From contig CAZEBC010000044.1 of assembly GCA_964510165.1 (NCBI GenBank), positions 1 to 23,753 on the forward strand: DNA of 23,753 bases, in the 5' to 3' direction. The translations under genes were made by a program, and so were the position numbers. The number at the start of each line of letters is the position of its first letter. Positions within the stretch are counted from its first letter, which is position 1. The DNA comes from an uncultured bacterium. Its GTDB lineage: Bacteria; Abyssobacteria; SURF-5. The notes beneath the pieces were generated by a model. It worked only from the letters and a program-made list of their open reading frames with translations, searched no databases and was not told the origin of the DNA. Below, piece after piece: positions 18,043-23,753 of this stretch.

Positions 18043-19367
18043 GCGCGCGTGCGGCGCAATCCTTGCCGAAGCGTGTGCGCCATCCCATATTCCCTTATGT
18101 ACGAGAGAAAACGCCTGGAGTTGTAATTAAGCATCTGCGTGCGCCGGGCTAAGGGGCCGTCGGCCCGCAGAATCCTTGTGAGTTCGTTCCTCGAAATGAT
18201 AGGCTCGGCCTTTGCCCGTTCCTTGATGAAGCTCAGCACGGCTTTCGCCGCAGCCTTCGGTGAGTGGTGCACGGCGACATACGCCCGCGCGGCCTCGCCT
18301 ATCGCGCGGCGGCGTTCCTTATCAACTGCGAGACTGAGGAGCTGGCCAGCCAGGTCTTCGCTCTCATTCGGTCCGATACCGACCTTTATGCACGCCCCGT
18401 CCGGGAACTCGGCGAATTGCGCGTGATTCGAGACGATCGCCGGCTTGCCCCGGCCAAGCATCTCCATGAGCGTCATCGACATCTCGCCGTTACTCGGATA
18501 CCGCAAATTAACGCACACATCCGCACGCGCCATCAGGGCATCGAGTTCACCATCATCGAGATAGCCTAAGTAGCTGACATTGTCGCTCGCCGGGAAATCG
18601 GCCGGGGAAAACCGTCCCGACATCTCTCCCGCGAGCAGAAAAAAACTGTCGCGATGCGTCTCGTGAAACTTGCGAAAAGCTCGCAACGCAACATCTATCC
18701 TCTTTGCGGGCGTTATGTGGCCCACTGAAGCTATCACAAAGCTGCTCGACGGTATCCCCCACTTCTTCGAAATGTCCGGCGGAGAGGAGTTGCGGTCTGC
18801 CGGGAAATGCGGGAAGTTGACCTTTGCAACTGCCGCGTCCGGAGCTTCCCGCAACACTATGTTTCGCGCGTAGTCGTTCATCACGATGGTCCCGCGCGAT
18901 GACAAGGCGACCACGCCAGCCATGGGATAGCGGTATGGATCGCCCTTCGCCTCAAAAAATGGGCGGAGGTCAGCGACAGCACATCCCGGATAGCAAAGCT
19001 TGAAGAGCGCTAGAAAAGTCCCGAACCTGCCGGATTCCAGGGCATACTTCGCGAAGAACTGGTTCAGCACGCAGTCATGAAGCAGCACAATCCCCGGAGT
19101 TGTCACGATGGCCTCAAATACGCGCTTGTGATATCTGCAATGATTGCCCATATGATAGAGCACAGCGTCAAAGGCGGCGGGATTGGAGATGAGTTCCTCT
19201 ACATCGCCCCAGGGGTACTGACTCAGGACAGGGGTTCGAGAGGGCGCGTACCCATCGGTAAAGAGCGTGATCTGGCACTCTTCGGACAAATAAGGCAGAA
19301 GCTTCTCGGTAAAATCGGCTACGCCCGTTCTCAGAGGGCTCAACGGCCCGACACATGCAAGCTTCAC
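18039..19367 (-). CDS. Glycosyltransferase, GT4-like
   Basis: Start revised to GTG 19367 (GTGA overlap, GGGGAG RBS): MKLACVGPLSPLRTGVADF, YHMGNH, LLHD, VGHITPAKR, NLRYPSNGEMSMTLME. Confidence 0.88.
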   Translation of the reverse strand: MKLACVGPLSPLRTGVADFTEKLLPYLSEECQITLFTDGYAPSRTPVLSQYPWGDVEELISNPAAFDAVLYHMGNHCRYHKRVFEAIVTTPGIVLLHDCVLNQFFAKYALESGRFGTFLALFKLCYPGCAVADLRPFFEAKGDPYRYPMAGVVALSSRGTIVMNDYARNIVLREAPDAAVAKVNFPHFPADRNSSPPDISKKWGIPSSSFVIASVGHITPAKRIDVALRAFRKFHETHRDSFFLLAGEMSGRFSPADFPASDNVSYLGYLDDGELDALMARADVCVNLRYPSNGEMSMTLMEMLGRGKPAIVSNHAQFAEFPDGACIKVGIGPNESEDLAGQLLSLAVDKERRRAIGEAARAYVAVHHSPKAAAKAVLSFIKERAKAEPIISRNELTRILRADGPLARRTQMLNYNSRRFLSYIREYGMAHTLRQGLRRTRA

Positions 19368-20371
19368 GGATGCTCCCCGCCGGGCCGGCCATTGAGATTT
19401 ATTTCCCTTATCACAGATCGGTTCCTTTTCAGAATCTCCTCGATATAGTTGTCGGGCACCCTCCTTTGACGCTGCACCCGGCGCCGCTTCTGCAAAATGG
19501 CGCCTATCTGGCGCACAGCGGCGGCGTAGCCCCGTACCGCGGAGGCGTCTCCCCTCAAGAGAGGAGACCCCGCCCGTTTCGCGATCTCCCACAGAATTGT
19601 CGGCGCGTGCTTGAGAATAAGCCGAGCGGGGAAGTCCTTGAGGATGACCGCCAAAGAATTGCGGGCAAAATAGTAATTCCTCGGCCTTGGCAAAGAAGCG
19701 CCGCTGCCGCCCTCGGCATGATGAATGCGCGCCGTCGGAACGAAGACGCACTTGTGTCCGGCCAGTTGCGCCCGGAAACTGAAGTCCACGTCCTCATAAT
19801 ACATAAAGAAATCCTCGTCAAAGCCGCCAATGTCCTCAAACAGGCTCCGGCGATATACCCCCGCGCCTCCGCACGGACCAAAAATCCAACGTCGCTCTTG
19901 AAAGGCCGGGCCGTCCTTCAGCCCAAATCCAAGGTCGTGGTTTGTTCCGAGTATGCTGTAGCCGAGCCCCGCCGAGTTTATCGTGTCGGGTGCGCGCGCA
20001 AACAGCATCTTCGGAGCCGCCATTGACGCGGCATGCTCCTCCGAAAGGGCAACCCAAAGGTCTTTTATGAAGTCAGGCTCAGCCCGAGTGTCGTTGTTCA
20101 AGAGAACGAACAGGTCGCCCGATGCCGTCCGAACCCCCGCATTAACTGCTGCGGAATATCCCCTGTTCGACTCAAGCGCCACTAGGCGCACTTGCGGAAA
20201 CTCGCGTTTCAGGAACTCGACGGAGCCATCCGAGGATGCGTTATCCACGACAATCACTTCGGCGCCCCTGAACGATTGTTCAGAGAGCGAACCCAAGCAG
20301 TCGGCCAAGTACCGCTGGCCGTTGTAATTCGGGATAATAACGCTGACAGTTGTCTCCGCTGGATCCTTCAT
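19364..20371 (-). CDS. Glycosyltransferase family 2 (WbbL/rhamnosyltransferase-like)
   Basis: SVIIPNYNG, VVDNASSDGS, NRGYSAAVNAG, LLNND, GGFDEDFFMYYEDVDFSFR. Confidence 0.93.
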   Translation of the reverse strand: MKDPAETTVSVIIPNYNGQRYLADCLGSLSEQSFRGAEVIVVDNASSDGSVEFLKREFPQVRLVALESNRGYSAAVNAGVRTASGDLFVLLNNDTRAEPDFIKDLWVALSEEHAASMAAPKMLFARAPDTINSAGLGYSILGTNHDLGFGLKDGPAFQERRWIFGPCGGAGVYRRSLFEDIGGFDEDFFMYYEDVDFSFRAQLAGHKCVFVPTARIHHAEGGSGASLPRPRNYYFARNSLAVILKDFPARLILKHAPTILWEIAKRAGSPLLRGDASAVRGYAAAVRQIGAILQKRRRVQRQRRVPDNYIEEILKRNRSVIREINLNGRPGGEHP

Positions 20372-20373
20372 CT

Positions 20374-21354
20374 TCAGGTGGTCGGCTGCCTCAGCTCCAG
20401 TTCCAACAACGCTAGAATTTCATCGGCGGAACTGCTTACAATATCGTGTATTAGCTCATGCTTCTTAATAAAATACCTTAGGCTGGCAAGGGCGGCCAGA
20501 TAGCCTCTTACGACGGCAGTCTGCCCCTTGGCGAGGCTCTTAAACGAATGTTTTAGACACGTCAGTGCCAAGCGCCCGAAGTAAACTGAACGCAGCGGAC
20601 CCGGCAGGTTTTTCACCAAGACCAATATCTGATTTCGAGAACAGTAGTAGATATGTAGACTATCATTTGGAGATGCTGTACCCCCGCCGACATGATACAC
20701 AACGGCGTCGGGGACGTACGCGCATTTGAAGCCTGCCAATTGGGCGCGAAAGCTGAGGTCGGCGTCCTCGTACCACATGAACAGGTCCTCGTCAAAAAGG
20801 CCTATCCGTTCGAAAAGCTGGCGCCGATACATGGCCGCTCCTGCGCATGCCCCGAAGATGGGCCGGGGCGATGCGAACCTTTCGCCGTCCGGCTGGCCGT
20901 ACCCGACGTCGAAAGCCGTTCCAGTTCTAGTGAAACCGATCCCGATGGAATTGACGACCTCCGGGCGGTCGGCGAATAACATTTTCGATGAGCAGAACCC
21001 CACGGAAGGCTGTCGGTCGAGCGTTGTCTTAAGCGCGCGAAGCCATTGCGGCGAGGCTTGCGTGTCATTATTGAGCAACGCGATGTAGTCTCTCGTACAC
21101 CGGCGGATGCCCTCGTTCACTGCGGCGGCAAAGCCTCGATTGGTATCGAGACGGACGACGCGCACGTCCGGAAAATGCTCGCGCAGAAAGGATGTGGTGT
21201 CATCGGTTGATCCGTCATCGACCACAATGACTTCGTCGGGGGTCACAAGCTGGCTCCGGAGCGAACTCAAACATCCTGGAAGATAGCCGACTCCATTATA
21301 GGAAGGAATGACGACGCTGATGCTGGAGGAAGTCTTCTCGGCCACGGCCCTCAT
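20374..21354 (-). CDS. Glycosyltransferase family 2 (paralog of the adjacent GT2)
   Basis: SVVIPSYNG, VVDDGSTD, NRGFAAAVNEG, LLNND, GLFDEDLFMWYEDADLSFR. Start placed at ATG 21354 (or GTG 21345) because the ORF-track start lies inside the promoter. Confidence 0.92.
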   Translation of the reverse strand: MRAVAEKTSSSISVVIPSYNGVGYLPGCLSSLRSQLVTPDEVIVVDDGSTDDTTSFLREHFPDVRVVRLDTNRGFAAAVNEGIRRCTRDYIALLNNDTQASPQWLRALKTTLDRQPSVGFCSSKMLFADRPEVVNSIGIGFTRTGTAFDVGYGQPDGERFASPRPIFGACAGAAMYRRQLFERIGLFDEDLFMWYEDADLSFRAQLAGFKCAYVPDAVVYHVGGGTASPNDSLHIYYCSRNQILVLVKNLPGPLRSVYFGRLALTCLKHSFKSLAKGQTAVVRGYLAALASLRYFIKKHELIHDIVSSSADEILALLELELRQPTT

Positions 21355-21383
21355 ACCCTGCTCGTTACTCGTTGCCAGACTTA

Positions 21384-21412
21384 ATCTTAGCAGAAGCACG
21401 GAGCGTTTTCAA
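21384..21412 (-). promoter_or_regulatory. Putative sigma70 promoter for the glycosyltransferase operon
   Basis: TTGAAA (21412-21407), 17-nt spacer, TAAGAT (21389-21384) with extended -10 TG. Confidence 0.65.
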
Positions 21413-21443
21413 GGAAACACGAGGCGACAAGACCAACCCAAGC

Positions 21444-21522
21444 CCCTCACCCTGCCCTCTCCCTGAGGAAGACGGCTCCAGATTTTAGGCCCTCTCCCGG
21501 TGGGAGAGAGTGGGGATGAGGG
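21444..21522. repeat. Pyrimidine/purine-asymmetric palindromic repeat (BoxC-like)
   Basis: CCCTCACCCTGCCCTCTCCC (21444-21463) pairs with GGGAGAGAGTGGGGATGAGGG (21502-21522); alternative inner hairpin CTCTCCC-GGT-GGGAGAG (21492-21508). Confidence 0.7.
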
Positions 21523-21535
21523 AAATCCGAGCAGA

Positions 21536-21565
21536 TTGAAACTGATGGAAAGGGCGTGATAAGCT
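21536..21565 (+). promoter_or_regulatory. Putative sigma70 promoter for the amidohydrolase
   Basis: TTGAAA (21536-21541), 18-nt spacer, TAAGCT (21560-21565) with extended -10 TG. Confidence 0.5.
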
Positions 21566-21610
21566 ATTAAAGCCGTCCCATATGCCTCGCTCTCTCATAG
21601 GAATAACGAC

Positions 21611-22489
21611 ATGAAGATAATTGATATGCACACCCACGCGCAGGATATCCTTTTCCTGAAGGGAACCTCGCGAGTGAAGCCGTCCAAGGGATTCCTGATA
21701 CGGCTATTCGAGTGGCAGAAGTTCAACTGGTATCATTCGGAGCGCATTGACAAAGTCTTGCGCAAGAGGGTCGCCCGCGAGACCCAGGGTCGCAACGCGA
21801 TGGCGAGTTTTCCCGGCCTCACGCAGGCAATGGAAAGCGAGGGCATCGTTCATAGCGTGGTGCTACCCATTGAGCCTTATGGCTCGACCCCAGAGGTCGC
21901 CTCCATCGCGAAGGGGGACAAACGGATCATACCATTTGCGTCGGTTGACCCGCGCGATCCCGGCCGTGCCGAGAAGCTGAGGAGTTACGTCGAGGCCGGT
22001 TGCCGGGGCCTCAAGCTGCACCCCATAATCCAGAATTTCCATCCGGCCGGCCGCGAATGTATGGAGACGGTGGAGGAATTCAGCCAATATGGACTACCGG
22101 TGTTCTTCCACTCGGGCCAGACCGCCTATTATGTGCCCGAATCGGAATCCGAGAGATATGGTCTCCCGGAAAACTATGTGAAAGTGCTCGAGGCCTTCCC
22201 GAAGGTCAAGTTCGTGATGGGTCATATGGCGATGTTCCAGGCGAGCGAGGCGATTGAGATTGCTGTGAAGCACAAGAACGTGTACTTCGACACCAGTTTC
22301 CAGCCGCTTCGCATGGTCGGACGGGCGATCGAGAAGGTGGGAGTCGAGCGGGTGATGTATGGGAGCGACTGGCCGTTTGGGCGTCAGCGATATGAATTGT
22401 CGGTCATCATGAAGCTGACCGAGAGCAATCAAGAACTCCGGGAACGATTGCTGTGGAGGAACGCCGAGGAGTTCCTCGGGGGCGTATGA
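21611..22489 (+). CDS. Amidohydrolase family protein (Amidohydro_2-like TIM-barrel metallohydrolase)
   Basis: IIDMHTH, GLKLHP, FFHSG, MGHM, YFDTS, YGSDWP; AGGA RBS. Confidence 0.9.
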   Translation: MKIIDMHTHAQDILFLKGTSRVKPSKGFLIRLFEWQKFNWYHSERIDKVLRKRVARETQGRNAMASFPGLTQAMESEGIVHSVVLPIEPYGSTPEVASIAKGDKRIIPFASVDPRDPGRAEKLRSYVEAGCRGLKLHPIIQNFHPAGRECMETVEEFSQYGLPVFFHSGQTAYYVPESESERYGLPENYVKVLEAFPKVKFVMGHMAMFQASEAIEIAVKHKNVYFDTSFQPLRMVGRAIEKVGVERVMYGSDWPFGRQRYELSVIMKLTESNQELRERLLWRNAEEFLGGV

Positions 22490-22496
22490 AGGAGAG

Positions 22497-22958
22497 TCAG
22501 GGCTGCTTCCATTCCGGCGGTTTGGCCAGGCCTTCCTCGATCGATAGGATCATGTAGGTTGCGAGGCATTTGCCGACCAGCCGTCCCTCGCCGTTCTTGA
22601 GCGTCACCTCTCCGAGAGCGGTCCGCTTGCCGCAATGGGCGATGTTGCCCTCGGCGATGACCTCGCCCGAGGCGACCGGCGCGATGTAGTTGATCTTCAT
22701 CTCGACCGTCGTGAACGCTTTGTCCGTGCCCACGAGTCCCCACAGCGCGATTGCGACCGCCGAATCGGCTATCGTTGCGAGCGCGCCGCCGTGCAATACG
22801 CCGAATGGTTGCGTCAACTCCTTTCGGAACGGAAGGCGAAAACGGGAATACCCCGGCCCAACCTCGACGACCTGCATTCCAATGAGCCTGTACATGGGTA
22901 TCTGGTTCGCGTGCTCGCGCAGCGCGTCATAGTCTACTTTCGGACGTTGGTCGTTCAT
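22497..22958 (-). CDS. PaaI family (hotdog-fold) thioesterase
   Basis: FGVLHGGALATIADSA, TVEMKINYIAP, HCGKRTA. Start placed at ATG 22958 (GAAGGGA upstream); the longer ORF start lies inside a REP. Confidence 0.9.
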   Translation of the reverse strand: MNDQRPKVDYDALREHANQIPMYRLIGMQVVEVGPGYSRFRLPFRKELTQPFGVLHGGALATIADSAVAIALWGLVGTDKAFTTVEMKINYIAPVASGEVIAEGNIAHCGKRTALGEVTLKNGEGRLVGKCLATYMILSIEEGLAKPPEWKQP

Positions 22959-22981
22959 TTGAAATCCCTTCAGAGCTTCAC

Positions 22982-23007
22982 AGGGACGGTTCACGAGCCG
23001 CCCCTAC
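22982..23007 (-). repeat. GTAG-type REP-like palindrome (degenerate)
   Basis: Minus strand GTAGGGGCGGCTCGTGAACCGTCCCT; imperfect hairpin with the same GTAGGGGC...CCCT frame as 1143-1167. Confidence 0.65.
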
Positions 23008-23014
23008 ATCCTTT

Positions 23015-23090
23015 ATAGCGCAGGCATCTTGCCTGCCACACTGACGCGAAATTTCGTTGGGGCTGCCTGCAGGCTGGAAGCTTGCGCTAC
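23015..23090. repeat. Inverted REP doublet (REPIN-like)
   Basis: ATAGCGCAGGCATCTTGCCTGC (23015-23036) versus reverse complement of 23069-23090 GTAGCGCAAGCTTCCAGCCTGC: 17/22 identical; each unit is itself a hairpin; 32-bp spacer. Confidence 0.75.
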
Positions 23091-23102
23091 TGCTCAGCCT
23101 CT

Positions 23103-23723
23103 TCAAAACCCCAGCGAATCGTTCACCAGGATAACCGTTATCCGTCCCGGGATCATCATCCTGCGAATGATTGTATAGATGTTGCAGATGCGCGTGGGTG
23201 AATCGCAGTCAATGCACACTCCGCTGTCGGCGCACGGGCTTTCGGTGCCGAATCGTCTGGCGTTGATCGGAGCGATCTTTTCGAGTCGGTCGAAAGCCTC
23301 ATGCACATCCTTGACTATCTTGTTTGTTCCCGCAACAATGATAACCTTGTCGGGCCCGAACGCCTGCGCGGCCACGCGGTTGCCGAGGCCGTCAACGTTT
23401 ACAAGCTGGCCGTCGGAGGTGATGGCGTTTGTGCCCGTGACGAAGTATTGGGCTGACAAACCCTGCTTTCGCCGTTTCATGTTTTCTGGCATGTCGAGGT
23501 TGGGGGCGTACTGATCATACAGGGTGTACTTGCCAGTCCGGAGCTTTTCGAGCAGTCCGATCTGTTCGACCGTAACCGACCCGCCAAGCCCGACCGTCGA
23601 GCCTTCGGGAATCATGTCGAGCGCCTTCTTTAACGCTTCCTGCTTATTTTTGACAAAGATGCATTCGATATTGTTGTTACCCAGAGCATCCACGACTTTC
23701 TGAATCTCGTCCACCGCATTCAC
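23103..23723 (-). CDS. LUD-domain (LutC/YkgG, lactate utilization family) protein with four-Cys motif
   Basis: VGLGGSVT, TGTNAITSDGQLVNVDGLGNRVAA, GTNKIV, PCADSGVCIDCDSPTRICN. Start probably GTG 23723 (AAGGAAAGG upstream); the frame is open to 23750. Confidence 0.85.
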   Translation of the reverse strand: MNAVDEIQKVVDALGNNNIECIFVKNKQEALKKALDMIPEGSTVGLGGSVTVEQIGLLEKLRTGKYTLYDQYAPNLDMPENMKRRKQGLSAQYFVTGTNAITSDGQLVNVDGLGNRVAAQAFGPDKVIIVAGTNKIVKDVHEAFDRLEKIAPINARRFGTESPCADSGVCIDCDSPTRICNIYTIIRRMMIPGRITVILVNDSLGF

Positions 23724-23753
23724 CGCCTTTCCTTGGACCGGATTACGCACACA

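Noticed and set aside
19368..19751. 128-aa N-terminal extension of the GT4 ORF
   Set aside because: Overlaps the upstream GT2 in another frame; GTG 19367 has an RBS and a GTGA coupling overlap.
1..23753. CRISPR array, tRNA/rRNA, integrase, transposase or phage genes
   Set aside because: No regularly spaced identical repeats with spacers, no cloverleaf or rRNA signatures, and no recombinase, DDE or HUH motifs in any ORF.

Overview
GC-rich bacterial chromosomal window with about 24 protein-coding genes, nearly all on the minus strand. (1) 1-5842 (-): a TetR-headed, apparently catabolic cluster: TetR, crotonase, MmgE/PrpD-family protein, CaiB/BaiF CoA-transferase, stand-alone cobalamin-binding subunit, and a DSD1/D-threonine-aldolase-family PLP enzyme that runs off the window edge and is missing from the ORF track. 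(2) 6046-7158 (+): a secreted, membrane-anchored protein with a GIFT/DUF4350-like head and a coiled-coil stalk, transcribed from a back-to-back sigma70 promoter pair. (3) 7138-21354 (-): a tightly coupled 14-gene run: two GT2, three GT4-type glycosyltransferases, a WecA/TagO-like initiating transferase, an O-antigen-ligase/TPR protein, aroQ, Xaa-Pro peptidase, amaP, hisF, hisI, trpE, trpG. (4) 21611-23750: amidohydrolase (+), PaaI thioesterase (-), LUD-domain protein (-). Several intergenic gaps hold short palindromic elements of different families: GTAG REPs, a REP doublet, a 96-bp MITE-like element that supplies a stop codon, and a BoxC-like hairpin. No cognate transposase, tRNA/rRNA, CRISPR array or prophage is visible. 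All family calls come from motif recognition by eye; no searches were run.
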